The position numbers and the translations under genes are program-made. Shown piece after piece: positions 45,074-55,306 of a stretch of DNA of 64,000 bases. Source of the stretch: an uncultured Tessaracoccus sp. Lineage in GTDB: Bacteria > Actinomycetota > Actinomycetes > Propionibacteriales > Propionibacteriaceae. The notes beneath the pieces are model-generated. The model had not been told where the DNA came from, did no database searches, and saw only the letters and a program-made list of their open reading frames with translations. The DNA lies in assembly GCF_943914565.1 (NCBI RefSeq), contig NZ_CALUCN010000003.1, forward strand, positions 97,054-161,053, in the 5' to 3' direction. Position 1 is the stretch's first letter, and the number at the start of each line of letters is the position of its first letter.

Positions 45074-46483
45074 TCAGTCCAGTGGCTCGGCCGGGACGGC
45101 GGGCGGGTCGCTCAGCAGCACCTTCTCGCCCATCGCGGCGACGACGGCCATGATCCCGAGTTCGTCCTCGATGCGGCGCTCGAGCGCCTCGGCCGCCTGC
45201 GGCTCGCCGTGGGTGAGGTAGACGGTCTCGGGTGCGGGGTCGAGGGCCGCGACCCAGGCGACGAGCTCGGAGGCGTCGGCGTGCCCGGAGAACTCGCGGT
45301 CCTGGACCACGTCGGCGCGGCGGGGCACGTGGCGGCCGAAGAGCTTCACGTGCCGGGCCCCGTCGACGAGCGCCCGACCGCGGGTGCCCTCGGCCTGGAA
45401 GCCGGTGAGGATGACGGCGTTGCGCGGGTCGGGCAGGAGCTGCTGCAGGTGGGCGAGCGCGCGGCCGCCCTCGAGCATGCCGGAGCTGGAGACGATGATG
45501 CGCGGGTCCTTGCGGCGACGCACCTTGCGCGACTCGCCGGCGGTGCGGGTCTCGATGAAGTGCGAGCTGGCGGTGAAGCCGCTCATGCGCACCTCGTCGC
45601 GGAACTCGTCGGGCATGTCGCGGTAGACGTCGAGGGCCTTCATGCTCATCGGCCCGTCGATGATGACCGGCACCTCGGGGATGCGCCCGTCGGCCTGCAT
45701 CTCGGCGAGCTCGTACATGATCGCCTGCGTGCGATCGATCGCGAACGCAGGGATCAACACCGAGCCGCCGCGGGCGATGGTGCGGTTGATCGTGGTGACG
45801 AATTCCTCGTGGGGCACCGCCGGCTCGGCGTGCTCACGGTCGCCGTAGGTCGACTCGCACACCACCCAGCGCGCGCCGGCGGGAGTGTCGCGGGGACGGA
45901 GCAGCTTGTGGTCCGGACGGCCGAGGTCGCCCGAGAACAGCACCGCGACGTCGTCGACCGTGAGGTGCACGCTCGCCGAACCCAGGATGTGGGCCGCGCG
46001 CGTCCACCGGGCCGTGACCCCGTCGAGGACCTCGACGTCCTCGTCGAAGTCGACGCGGCGCAGCTGCCGGACGGCGCGTTGCGCGTCGCCGGTGGTGTAG
46101 AGCGGGCGAGGCTCGGCGTGCTTGGAGTAGCCGCCGCGGATGGCCTGCTCAGTGGCGAGCTCCTGGAGGTGCGCGGCGTCGAGCATCACGATCTCCGCGA
46201 GGCGCGCGGTGGCGTCGGTGCACCACACGGGGCCGGTGAACCCCTGGTTCACGAGGGCGGGCAGGTAGGCGGTGTGGTCGGCGTGCGCATGGGTGAGGAC
46301 GACCGCGTCGATCGTCGCGGCGTCGACGGGGAAGTCGGCCCAGTTGCGCTCTCGGAGGGCCTTCTCGCCCTGGAACATGCCGGCGTCGAGCAGGATGCGA
46401 CGGTCACCGGCCTCGACGAGGTACTTCGAGCCGGTCACGGTGCCGGCGGCGCCCAGGAACTGCAGGGTCACGGAATCAGCCAT
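45074..46483 (-). CDS. MBL-fold metallo-hydrolase with beta-CASP/RNA-specificity domain (RNase J-like)
   Basis: HxHxDH motif (THAHADH), beta-CASP motifs downstream. Confidence 0.8.
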   Translation of the reverse strand: MADSVTLQFLGAAGTVTGSKYLVEAGDRRILLDAGMFQGEKALRERNWADFPVDAATIDAVVLTHAHADHTAYLPALVNQGFTGPVWCTDATARLAEIVMLDAAHLQELATEQAIRGGYSKHAEPRPLYTTGDAQRAVRQLRRVDFDEDVEVLDGVTARWTRAAHILGSASVHLTVDDVAVLFSGDLGRPDHKLLRPRDTPAGARWVVCESTYGDREHAEPAVPHEEFVTTINRTIARGGSVLIPAFAIDRTQAIMYELAEMQADGRIPEVPVIIDGPMSMKALDVYRDMPDEFRDEVRMSGFTASSHFIETRTAGESRKVRRRKDPRIIVSSSGMLEGGRALAHLQQLLPDPRNAVILTGFQAEGTRGRALVDGARHVKLFGRHVPRRADVVQDREFSGHADASELVAWVAALDPAPETVYLTHGEPQAAEALERRIEDELGIMAVVAAMGEKVLLSDPPAVPAEPLD

Positions 46484-46531
46484 GCCCCAACCATGCCCGA
46501 GCAGCGGGTCGGGTGGGTGTGAATCGCGACG

Positions 46532-47623
46532 TCAGGCCGCAGGCTTGTGCGGTGACGACGACGCCAGACGCTCCAAGGTGGCACGGACCTCGCTCGCGCC
46601 TCGACCGTTGCCGACGGCGAGCCCCATCAGATGTGCGGTGACGGCAGCCATGGGGCGGGCCCCAGCGTGCGCGACATGCTTGGTCATGCCGAGGACGGCA
46701 TCGACGTCGACGCGCGACGGGGCCACGTCGAGGAGAGCGCAGGCGTGTTCGATGAACAGATCCCACGCAGCGCGGTCCTCCGTCGGCGCGCTGGCGCGTT
46801 GCAGGCGACGGGTCCAGCGGTCGTGGTCGTCCCAGGTGTCGACGTCGTCGACGTCGGCGGGGTCCGCAGCAGCGACGAGCACCGGGTCCAGCCGGCCAAG
46901 CAACGATCCCACCGAGCGATTGCGCGGGTCCCCGTGTTCCTGCGCGGCGTCGCGCAGCGCGTCGCTGCGGTAGAGCGCCAGAAGCCATTCCGGGCCCCCG
47001 TCCCGGCGCGTGAGGCAGTACGCGTCGTGTTCTCGAGCTGCGGTGAGCAACCTCGGCGCCGCGCGGGGCGCGCCAGGCTGGTCGCAGGCGAGGACGAGCG
47101 TCCAGGGGGCCGGCGTCGCGATGGCGTCGAGGCCAGCGACGATGCCCGCTGCAGGCCCAGTCCCGGGCGGGTCCTCGCGGGTGACGAGCACACCGTCGGG
47201 GGCCTCCACGGGGCCCACCACGACTGTGGTCCGAGCCCCCGCACAGGCCGTGAGGACGCGGTCGAGCAGGCGCACCCCGTCGACCTTGAGGCGAGCCTTG
47301 TCGATCCCCCCGAGCCGACGGCCCGTGCCGCCGGCAAGCACGACCGCGTCGTAGGCGGCGACACCAGCGATCTCCCGCGCTGCGGTCACCACGGCTGCTC
47401 GCTGCGCCTCGGGATCGCAGTCCGGGTGGCTGGCCCGCGCGAGCCCCCAGATGCAAGCGGCGACGGGGGCCATGGGCCGCAGGAACTCCCTGGCGACCAC
47501 ACGGGTGAGGCCGTGGATCTCCTCGACGTCCACGAGCCGGCGGTCGAGGTCGAGCGCGGCGCACACCTCGTCGATCCAGGCACTCCAGTCCTCGGCAGCT
47601 TCGACAAGATTCGCCATCGTCAT
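46532..47623 (-). CDS. mobA: molybdenum cofactor guanylyltransferase MobA-like core flanked by two homologous DUF6457-like domains
   Basis: Central VVLAGGTGRRLGGIDKARL (MobA NTP-transferase motif). The N- and C-terminal about 90-aa segments are mutually similar (IDEVCAALDLDRRLVDVEEIHGLTRVVA... versus IEHACALLDVAPSRVDVDAVLGMTKHVA...). ATGA overlap with narI. Confidence 0.7.
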   Translation of the reverse strand: MTMANLVEAAEDWSAWIDEVCAALDLDRRLVDVEEIHGLTRVVAREFLRPMAPVAACIWGLARASHPDCDPEAQRAAVVTAAREIAGVAAYDAVVLAGGTGRRLGGIDKARLKVDGVRLLDRVLTACAGARTTVVVGPVEAPDGVLVTREDPPGTGPAAGIVAGLDAIATPAPWTLVLACDQPGAPRAAPRLLTAAREHDAYCLTRRDGGPEWLLALYRSDALRDAAQEHGDPRNRSVGSLLGRLDPVLVAAADPADVDDVDTWDDHDRWTRRLQRASAPTEDRAAWDLFIEHACALLDVAPSRVDVDAVLGMTKHVAHAGARPMAAVTAHLMGLAVGNGRGASEVRATLERLASSSPHKPAA

Positions 47624-48366
47624 CGCCTCACCGGGCTCGTCGAGGCGCGGTCCCACGTGCCGGCGGGGGCCTTGTGGCGGTTGTACCGGTCCGGTTTGTC
47701 GCCGGCGGAGCGGTAGACGACGTAGGGACGGGTGAGGTAGCCGAGCGGTGCGCTGAACACGTGCACGAGGCGGGTGAATGGCCAGATGAGGAACAGCGCG
47801 AATGCCACCAGCGCGTGCACCTGGAACGAGATCGGGGCGTCGGCGATCAGAGACGCATCGGGCTGGAGGGTGAAGATGCTGCGGAACCACGGCGAGACGC
47901 CGTCGCGGTAGTTGTACCCGGCGTTGAAGGTGGTGCTGAGCGTGTTCCACACACCGGTGGCGATCGCGAAGCCCATCACGAGGTACATCACCTTGTCGCT
48001 CACGGAGGTGGCCTTGAACACCGTTGGAACGGTGATACGTCGGAGGACGAGCAGCGCGAACCCGGCCACGACCATGATCCCGGCCACCCAACCGCCGACG
48101 ACGGCCACGAGGTGGTACGTGTGCTGGCTGATGCCCATCGTGTCGGTCCACGCCTTTGGGATGACGAGGCCCATGACGTGCCCCACGATCGCGAGGAGCA
48201 CGCCGAAGTGGAACAGTGGCGACGCGATGCGCAGCATCCGCGTCTCGTAGAACTGCGAACTGCGGGTCGTCCAGCCGAACTTGTCGTGGCGGTAGCGCCA
48301 GACGAGTCCGACGACGAACACGGCCAGGGCGATGTACGGGAAGATCACCCAGAGGAAGGTGGTCAT
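47620..48366 (-). CDS. narI: respiratory nitrate reductase gamma subunit
   Basis: Five TM helices with the conserved heme-ligand His positions. Overlaps narJ. Confidence 0.9.
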   Translation of the reverse strand: MTTFLWVIFPYIALAVFVVGLVWRYRHDKFGWTTRSSQFYETRMLRIASPLFHFGVLLAIVGHVMGLVIPKAWTDTMGISQHTYHLVAVVGGWVAGIMVVAGFALLVLRRITVPTVFKATSVSDKVMYLVMGFAIATGVWNTLSTTFNAGYNYRDGVSPWFRSIFTLQPDASLIADAPISFQVHALVAFALFLIWPFTRLVHVFSAPLGYLTRPYVVYRSAGDKPDRYNRHKAPAGTWDRASTSPVRR

Positions 48367-49106
48367 CGCAGGGCTCCTTGACGGTCGAGGGTGGGGGCAG
48401 CGTCGGGGTCACTGTCGGGATGTGGGTTGAGCAGCGGGTCGAGCGAGTAGGCGTCGAAGCCGACGTGTTCGTTCGGCGGGCCTTGTGCGAGGAGTGCTGC
48501 GACGGCTTCGCGCTGGTCACCGTCAAGCTCAGGCAGCGTGGCCCGCAGAGCCCGGACCGCGCCGGCCCACGGCGACTGCCACTCGTCGAGCCCGCGCTGG
48601 AGCAGCTCGACGCTCACGCGGTGATCGTTGAGCAGGCGCCAGCTGGTGCCGACGTCGGCTGTGGCGCCGAACTGCAGCACGACGCACAGGTGATCGGGTA
48701 GCTCGCGGTCGTTGACCTCGAGCCCACCGCGACGGAACGCCTGCTTGAACTGCACGAGCGCGATTCCGCGCTTGCGCGTGTCGCCGTGGACGTAGTACGT
48801 GAGGTGCAGCGCGCGCTTGCGCGTCGTGTCGAACGTGGCGACGTAGTCGCCCTGCAACGAGCGCAACGGTGTGCGCTCGAGGTGGTCACACAGGCCGGCA
48901 AGCGGTGTGCGCACCCACGTGGGGAACCCCGTGAGCGCTTCTCGCACCAGCGGCAGCTGCGCGACGAGTGTCTCCGTCGGGTAGTCGAGCAGCAGGGACA
49001 GCACCTGCCACGCGGCGCGCAGTTGCGCCTCGGGCAGTGTCGGCTGCGGATGCTGACGCCGACGTCGGTGGATGCGCCGTGTGGGCGAGGGGAGCCAGCG
49101 CCTCAT
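48363..49106 (-). CDS. narJ: nitrate reductase molybdenum cofactor assembly chaperone
   Basis: NarJ/TorD-family pattern, placed between narH and narI with 4-bp overlaps. Confidence 0.85.
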   Translation of the reverse strand: MRRWLPSPTRRIHRRRRQHPQPTLPEAQLRAAWQVLSLLLDYPTETLVAQLPLVREALTGFPTWVRTPLAGLCDHLERTPLRSLQGDYVATFDTTRKRALHLTYYVHGDTRKRGIALVQFKQAFRRGGLEVNDRELPDHLCVVLQFGATADVGTSWRLLNDHRVSVELLQRGLDEWQSPWAGAVRALRATLPELDGDQREAVAALLAQGPPNEHVGFDAYSLDPLLNPHPDSDPDAAPTLDRQGALR

Positions 49107-50749
49107 CGCGGCTCACCGCATTCTGGCTGGTCCGCGCCTCGCGCGGACTGCGTCGGCAGGCCCTTGCCGTCCCAGTTGAGATAGCTGACAGACCCGGGCA
49201 CCTCTGACATGTCGTCGGCCTGCATGCGCGCCTTGGCCTCCTCGAACGTCTCGATCGCGACGGGGACCGGCTGACCGGACCCGGTGCCGAACACTGACGG
49301 GCCGCCCTCGCCCACGGGACACTCGGTTGCGAGCTCCTCGAGCGCGTGCGCCTGCTCCTTGTGTGCGGGCGGGATGACGTAGCGCTCGTCGTACTTCGCG
49401 ATGGCGAGCAGGCGGAACATCTCGCGGAGCTCCCTGCCGTTCATGCCGACGGCGCTCGCGATCTCCTCCTGCGGCTCACGTCCCAAGTTGACGTCGCGCA
49501 TGTAGGAGCGCATCGCGGCGAGCTTGTCGAGCACCATCCGCACCGGTCGGACGTCGCCCGCGGTGAAGAGGTTGGCGAGGTACTCGACGGGGATCCGCAG
49601 TGCGTCGATCGCGCCGAAGAGGTTGCCGGCGTCCTCGCCGTCGTGGCCGGTGCCCGAGAGCGCCCCGACCACGGGCGAAAGCGGCGGGATGTACCAGACC
49701 ATCGGCATGGTGCGGTACTCCGGGTGCAGCGGCAGCGCCACCTTGTAGTCCTGGATGAGTCGCAGCACCGGCGACCGCTTGGCCGCCTCGATCCAGTCCG
49801 AGGGGATGCCCTGGCATTCCGCCTCGCCCGCGATCGACGGGTCACGCGGGTCCAGGAACACGTCGCGCTGCGCCTCGTATAGGCGTTGGTCGTCCTCGGT
49901 GGACGCCGCATCGAGGACCCGATCGGCGTCGTAGAGCATGAGGCCCAGGTAGCGCAGCCGGCCGACGCAGGTCTCGGAGCACACCGTTGGGATGCCCACC
50001 TCGACGCGCGGGTAGCAGAACGTGCACTTCTCGGCCTTGCCGGTGTTGTGGTTGAAGTAGATCTTCTTGTAGGGGCAGCCCGAGATGCACATGCGCCAAC
50101 CGCGGCAGCGGTTCTGGTCGACGAGGACGATGCCGTCCTCCTCGCGCTTGTAGATCGCGCCCGACGGGCACGAGGCTGAGCACGACGGGTTGAGGCAGTG
50201 CTCGCAGATCCTCGGCAGGTAGAACATGAACGTCTGCTCGAACTCGAACTTCACCTTGTCGGCGATGCCCTTCAGCATCGGGTCCTCGTGGCCGGTGACG
50301 TAGGTGCCGCCGAGGTCGTCGTCCCAGTTCGCGCCCCACTCGGGCTTCATGGGCTTGCCGGTGAACATCGAGTGGGGACGCGCGACAGGGAAGTGCTTCT
50401 GCGCCGGCGCGCTCAGCAGGTTCTCGTAGTCGTAGGTCCATGGCTCGTAGTAGTCGGTGACCTCGGGCATCTTCGGGTTGCCGAAAATCGTGAGCAGCTT
50501 GCGGAGGCGTCCACCTCCCTTGAGCTTCAGCCGGCCGTTGGGCTTCAGCTCCCAGCCACCCTTCCAGTGGTCCTGGTCCTCGTAGCGGCGCGGGTAGCCG
50601 AGACCGGGGCGCGTCTCGACGTTGTTGAACCACACGTACTCGAGGCCGGTCCGGTTCGTCCACGCCTGCTTGCAGGTGACGGAACAGGTGTGGCAACCGA
50701 TGCACTTGTCAAGGTTCATGACCATCGCCATCTGGGCCATGATGCGCAT
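49103..50749 (-). CDS. narH: respiratory nitrate reductase beta subunit
   Basis: Four Fe-S cluster Cys motifs (CIGCHTC..., CEHCLNPSC..., CRGWRMCISGC...), high similarity to NarH throughout. Confidence 0.95.
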   Translation of the reverse strand: MRIMAQMAMVMNLDKCIGCHTCSVTCKQAWTNRTGLEYVWFNNVETRPGLGYPRRYEDQDHWKGGWELKPNGRLKLKGGGRLRKLLTIFGNPKMPEVTDYYEPWTYDYENLLSAPAQKHFPVARPHSMFTGKPMKPEWGANWDDDLGGTYVTGHEDPMLKGIADKVKFEFEQTFMFYLPRICEHCLNPSCSASCPSGAIYKREEDGIVLVDQNRCRGWRMCISGCPYKKIYFNHNTGKAEKCTFCYPRVEVGIPTVCSETCVGRLRYLGLMLYDADRVLDAASTEDDQRLYEAQRDVFLDPRDPSIAGEAECQGIPSDWIEAAKRSPVLRLIQDYKVALPLHPEYRTMPMVWYIPPLSPVVGALSGTGHDGEDAGNLFGAIDALRIPVEYLANLFTAGDVRPVRMVLDKLAAMRSYMRDVNLGREPQEEIASAVGMNGRELREMFRLLAIAKYDERYVIPPAHKEQAHALEELATECPVGEGGPSVFGTGSGQPVPVAIETFEEAKARMQADDMSEVPGSVSYLNWDGKGLPTQSARGADQPECGEPR

Positions 50750-50772
50750 GTCGATCCTCCTTCGATGGGTGG

Positions 50773-53700
50773 TCAGTACTGAACGTCTTGGGAACGACGG
50801 CGGATCATCGTGACCTCGTCGCGGTTGTTACCGGTGGGGCCGATGTAGTTGAACGCATACGCGAGTTGCGCGTAGCCGCCGATGATGTGGCTGGGCTTGA
50901 TGAGGATCCGCGTCATGGAGTTGTGAATGCCGCCGCGGCGTCCGTTCGTCTCGGTGAGCGGCACGTCGATCAGCCGGTCCTGCGAGTGGTACATGTACAC
51001 GGTGCCCTTTGGCATCCGGTGCGACACGATCGCTCGGGCAGTGACGACGCCGTTGCGATTGACGAGCTCGATCCACTCGTTGTCCTTGATGCCGGCCTTC
51101 TCGGCGTCCTCGACGCTCATCCACACCTGCTGCCCGCCACGGGAGAGGTTCTGCATGAACCAGTTGTCCTGGTACTGGGAGTGGATGGCCCACTTGAAGT
51201 GGGGGGTGAGGTAGCGCACGGACACACCGAGCTCGTTCTCGTCGCCGAGGGGCGTCTCACCGAACAGCTGGTGCATGTTGAGTGGGCCGCGGTAGGTGGG
51301 CAGGGCCTCGCCGAGTGCGAGCATCCAGTCGTGGTCGAGGTAGAAGTGCTGGCGGCCGGTGAGCGTGTGCCAAGGCTTCTTGCGCTCGACGTTGATCGTG
51401 AACGGGCTGTACCGACGTCCGCCGCTCTCCGACCCGGACCACTCCGGCGAGGTGATGACCGTCGTGGGCTGGCCGACGATCTCGTCGAACGTGACGATCT
51501 TCCCCTCGTGCTCGGCAGCGAGGTCGTGCAGCGGGGTGCCCGTGCGTCGCTCGAGGGTCTTGAAGCCCTGCGTGGCGAGGTGACCGTTCGTGGTCCCGGC
51601 GAGCGCCATGATCGTCTCCGCCACCTGGATGCCGTTGTCGAGGCGAGGCCTACCCGCCGCGACGCCGGCATCCTCGCCGCGGACACCACTGCGGGCCTTG
51701 AGGTACTCCACCGCTTGGGTGACGTCGTAGTGGACGCCCTTGGTCGCCGTGCCGGCCTTGTCCAGCACGGGGCCGACTGCGCCGTACTTCTCGCCGATGC
51801 GCGTGTAGTCGCGCTCCACGACGACGAGCTTCGGCATGGTCACGCCCGGAATCGGCTCGACCTCGCCGTGTTTCCAGTCGAGAACCGCGCCGTGCGGCGT
51901 CGCCATCGCGTCGGCGGAGTCGTGTGCGAGTGGGACCGCGACAACGTCCTTGCGGGTACCGAGGTGTGTCTTCGCGAACTCCGAGAGGCGGTCGGAGAGC
52001 CGCTGGAAGATCTCCCAGTCGGTCTTGGCCTGCCACGGCGGGTTGATCGCGGGGGTGAACGGGTGCACGAAGGGGTGCATGTCCGTGGTGTTGATGTCGT
52101 GCTTCTCGTACCACGTGGCGGCGGGAAGGATCACGTCGGACATCAGCGTCGAGCTGGTCATGCGGAAGTCGAGCGTGCAGACCATGTCGAGCTTGCCCTC
52201 GGGAGCTTTGTCGTGCCAGACGATGTCGGTGGGGCGCAGGTGCTCGGGCGCCTCGTCGGCGGTGACCGCGTGGTCGGTGCCGAGCAGGTGCTTCAGGAAA
52301 TACTCGTCGCCCTTGGCGGAGTTGCCGAACAGGTTCGCCCGCCACAGCGTGAGGGCGCGGGGCCAGTTCTCCTCCGCGTCGGGGTCCTCGACCGCGAAGC
52401 GCATCTCACCGGACTTCAGCTGGTCGACGACGTGTGGCCCGACCGCCTTCCCGGCCGCGGCTGCCTCGTCGGCGATCGCGAGCGGGTTCTTGTTGAAGGT
52501 GGGGTAGGAGGGCATCCATCCCGAACGGGCCGACTGCGCGAACAGGTCGGCGGTGGTGCGGCCCGCGAAGGCGTTGTTGCCGACCTCGCCGGCGCACAGG
52601 TCGTCGGCGCCGAACGTGTCGTGACGCCACTGGTCGGTGTTGACGTACCAGTAGCCGGTCTGGATCATCTGCCGCGGGGGACGTGTCCAGTCCAGGCCGA
52701 ACGCCATCTGCGCCCAGCCGGTGAACGGACGCGCCTTCTCCTGCCCGACGTAGTGGGCCCAGCCGCCGCCGTTGCGTCCCTGGCAACCGGTTATGGTGGT
52801 GAGCATCAGCATCGTGCGGTAGATGACGTCGGAGTGGTACCAGTGGTTGGTCCCCGCTCCCATGATGATCATCGAGCGGCCCTCGGTGTCCTCCGCGTTC
52901 TGGGCGAACTCACGGGCGATGCGCGTCACCTGGTCGGCCGGGACGTTGGTGATGGTCTCCTGCCAAGCGGGGGTGTAGGCACCCTCGGGGTCGTCGTAGC
53001 CCGTCGGCCACTCGCCGGGGAGCCCGTCGCGGGCGACACCGTACTGCGCGAGCATGAGGTCGAACACCGTCGTGACGAGGCGGTCGCCGACGCGGCGGAC
53101 GGGCACGCCCCGTCGCAGCGCGCGGACCTTGCGGGTGGTGTCGTCGAACGCCGGCAGCGCGATCTCGACGGCGTCGGCGCCGTCGCCGAGCATGCTGAGC
53201 GCGGGGCGGAGGTCACCCAGCTCGAGGTTCCACTTGCCCTCGCCCTCGTCGCCGAAGCGGTGGCCGAGCGTGCCGTGGGGGATCGCGGGCGCGCCCGTGG
53301 ACTCGTCCCACATGGCGGGCTTGAACATGGCATTCTCCGCGTCGCGCTGCGGGTTGTCGAAGTCGCCTGCTACGAGGAACTTGCCCGGCTTCCACGTGCC
53401 GTCGTCGTCCTGGTCGAGCGCGACGAGGAACGGCAGGTCCGTGTACTGCTTGCAGTACTGGTCGAAGTGGTCGACGGTGCGGTCGACGAAGAACTCACGG
53501 AGGATGACGTGCCCCATGGCCATGCCGAGCGCTGCGTCGGTGCCCGGCGCGACGGGGAGCCACTCGTCGGCGAACTTCACGTTCTCCGCGTAGTCCGGGC
53601 TCATCACGACGACCTTCTGGCCGCGGTAGCGGGCTTCGGTCATCCAGTGCGCGTCGGGGGTCCTGGTGAGGGGGACGTTGGATCCCCACATCAGGAGGTA

Positions 53701-54486
53701 CCCGGCGTTCCACCAGTCGCCCGACTCCGGTACGTCGGTCTGGTCGCCGAAGACCTGGGGGCTGGCGACGGGCAGGTCGGCGTACCAGTCGTAGAAGCTC
53801 AGCATCGAGCCGCCGATGAGGCTCGTGTAGCGGGCGCCGGAGGCGTGGGAGACCATGCTCATCGCTGGGATGGGGGAGAACCCGGCGATGCGGTCGGGGC
53901 CCCAGCGTTTGATGATGTATGTGTGCGCGGCGGCGACCATCTCGATCGCCTCGTCCCACGTCGCGCGCACCAGCCCGCCCTTGCCGCGGGCGGACTTGTA
54001 GCGTCGGGACTTCGCTTCGTCCTGGACGATGGACGCCCAGGCTACGACGGGGTCCCCGTGCTCACGTTTGGCCTCGCGGTACATCTCCAGCAGCACCCCG
54101 CGGACGTAGGGGTAGCGCACGCGGGTGGGGGAGTAGGTGTACCAAGAGAACGACGCGCCGCGCGGGCAGCCCCGCGGCTCGTACTCGGGCATGTCCGGGC
54201 CTGCCGACGGGTAGTCGGTCTCCTGCGCCTCCCACGTGATCACGCCGTCCTTGACGTAGACCTTCCACGAGCAGGACCCGGTGCAGTTCACGCCGTGGGT
54301 GGACCGGACCACCTTGTCGTAGGCCCACCGGTCGCGGTAGAACCAGTCGCCTCGTCCACCCTCGTGGGTAATGGTGCGCTTGTCGGGGGAAACCTTCGCG
54401 CGGGTGAAGAACCTTCGGGCGCCCACCAGTGCGTCGGTCAGGGGGCCGTCGAGCCCGGCGGCACGCGATTCATGGGTGTCGGTCAT
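50773..54486 (-). CDS. narG: respiratory nitrate reductase alpha subunit
   Basis: 1237 aa. N-terminal His/Cys cluster motif (HGVNCTGSCSWKVYVKDG) and bis-MGD family blocks throughout. The N-terminal 140 codons of the six-frame ORF are upstream-gene overlap. Confidence 0.95.
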   Translation of the reverse strand: MTDTHESRAAGLDGPLTDALVGARRFFTRAKVSPDKRTITHEGGRGDWFYRDRWAYDKVVRSTHGVNCTGSCSWKVYVKDGVITWEAQETDYPSAGPDMPEYEPRGCPRGASFSWYTYSPTRVRYPYVRGVLLEMYREAKREHGDPVVAWASIVQDEAKSRRYKSARGKGGLVRATWDEAIEMVAAAHTYIIKRWGPDRIAGFSPIPAMSMVSHASGARYTSLIGGSMLSFYDWYADLPVASPQVFGDQTDVPESGDWWNAGYLLMWGSNVPLTRTPDAHWMTEARYRGQKVVVMSPDYAENVKFADEWLPVAPGTDAALGMAMGHVILREFFVDRTVDHFDQYCKQYTDLPFLVALDQDDDGTWKPGKFLVAGDFDNPQRDAENAMFKPAMWDESTGAPAIPHGTLGHRFGDEGEGKWNLELGDLRPALSMLGDGADAVEIALPAFDDTTRKVRALRRGVPVRRVGDRLVTTVFDLMLAQYGVARDGLPGEWPTGYDDPEGAYTPAWQETITNVPADQVTRIAREFAQNAEDTEGRSMIIMGAGTNHWYHSDVIYRTMLMLTTITGCQGRNGGGWAHYVGQEKARPFTGWAQMAFGLDWTRPPRQMIQTGYWYVNTDQWRHDTFGADDLCAGEVGNNAFAGRTTADLFAQSARSGWMPSYPTFNKNPLAIADEAAAAGKAVGPHVVDQLKSGEMRFAVEDPDAEENWPRALTLWRANLFGNSAKGDEYFLKHLLGTDHAVTADEAPEHLRPTDIVWHDKAPEGKLDMVCTLDFRMTSSTLMSDVILPAATWYEKHDINTTDMHPFVHPFTPAINPPWQAKTDWEIFQRLSDRLSEFAKTHLGTRKDVVAVPLAHDSADAMATPHGAVLDWKHGEVEPIPGVTMPKLVVVERDYTRIGEKYGAVGPVLDKAGTATKGVHYDVTQAVEYLKARSGVRGEDAGVAAGRPRLDNGIQVAETIMALAGTTNGHLATQGFKTLERRTGTPLHDLAAEHEGKIVTFDEIVGQPTTVITSPEWSGSESGGRRYSPFTINVERKKPWHTLTGRQHFYLDHDWMLALGEALPTYRGPLNMHQLFGETPLGDENELGVSVRYLTPHFKWAIHSQYQDNWFMQNLSRGGQQVWMSVEDAEKAGIKDNEWIELVNRNGVVTARAIVSHRMPKGTVYMYHSQDRLIDVPLTETNGRRGGIHNSMTRILIKPSHIIGGYAQLAYAFNYIGPTGNNRDEVTMIRRRSQDVQY

Positions 54487-55289
54487 GCGGGAGCGCCTTT
54501 CGTCGAGGGTGGTGTGGCCCGGTGAGGGCTCGGGATGAGATCGATGGGGGTGACGGTGGTGGCGACGCAGGCCACGCCGTCGAACACGGGGGTCACGTCC
54601 AGCGAGGCGTCGGACTCGCCGAGGGCGTCGAGCATGCCGCGCAGAACGCCCTTGTGCGCGCTGCACACGAGCTCCGGGTGGGCTCGGGCGCGGTCGAGCA
54701 TCGGGCACGAGTGCAGGCGGAGCTGCGCCTCGTGGCCGCTCTTCGACGTCGAGAGCTCGGGCGCATAGCCCCACTGGTCGAGCATGTCGAGCAACGCCCC
54801 GAGCTTGCCCAGCCACTCCAGGCGGTTGGTCGCCGGGGCCGGTGGCCAAGCGTCGAACGGGTGGGGCGAGACGACCTGGTCGGCATGTTGGTTGAGCCAC
54901 GTCCGGCCGAGCTCCTCGGCATCGACGCCCTCCGGGTGGTCCAGCGCCGCGTCGATGAGCTGGGTGAAATGCCGGTACGCATCGGAGTCGAGGATCTCCG
55001 TCGACGGTGTGGCAAGCGCGCGGTAGCAGCGGCGTGGCCGTCCCACCTGGCCACGTTCGTCGTGGGAGTCGAGCAGTCCTGCGGCGAGCAGCTGGTCGAG
55101 GTGGAACCGGGCGGTGGTGACGTGCACGCCGAGCTCGTCGGCGAGCTCGGCGGCTGAGAGGCCCCGGTCGCGCGTCGAGGGGGCGTCCTGCGCGGGGACA
55201 TGGGGCAGGCGCGAGAGGATGTCGACGATCGCCTTCCTGATCGGCGATTCCAGGAGACGCAGGGTCGTGTCACTCAAATCTTCCATTTG
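54483..55289 (-). CDS. wHTH (ArsR-like) transcriptional regulator with C-terminal domain, translationally coupled to narG
   Basis: LSAAELADELGVHVTTARFHLDQLLAAGLL is a winged-HTH. Stop overlaps the narG ATG (ATGA). SD GGAGAG before the ATG at 55289. Confidence 0.65.
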   Translation of the reverse strand, partial: QMEDLSDTTLRLLESPIRKAIVDILSRLPHVPAQDAPSTRDRGLSAAELADELGVHVTTARFHLDQLLAAGLLDSHDERGQVGRPRRCYRALATPSTEILDSDAYRHFTQLIDAALDHPEGVDAEELGRTWLNQHADQVVSPHPFDAWPPAPATNRLEWLGKLGALLDMLDQWGYAPELSTSKSGHEAQLRLHSCPMLDRARAHPELVCSAHKGVLRGMLDALGESDASLDVTPVFDGVACVATTVTPIDLIPSPHRATPPSTKGAPA

Positions 55290-55306
55290 CTCTCCGCTCA
55301 GTGCAA

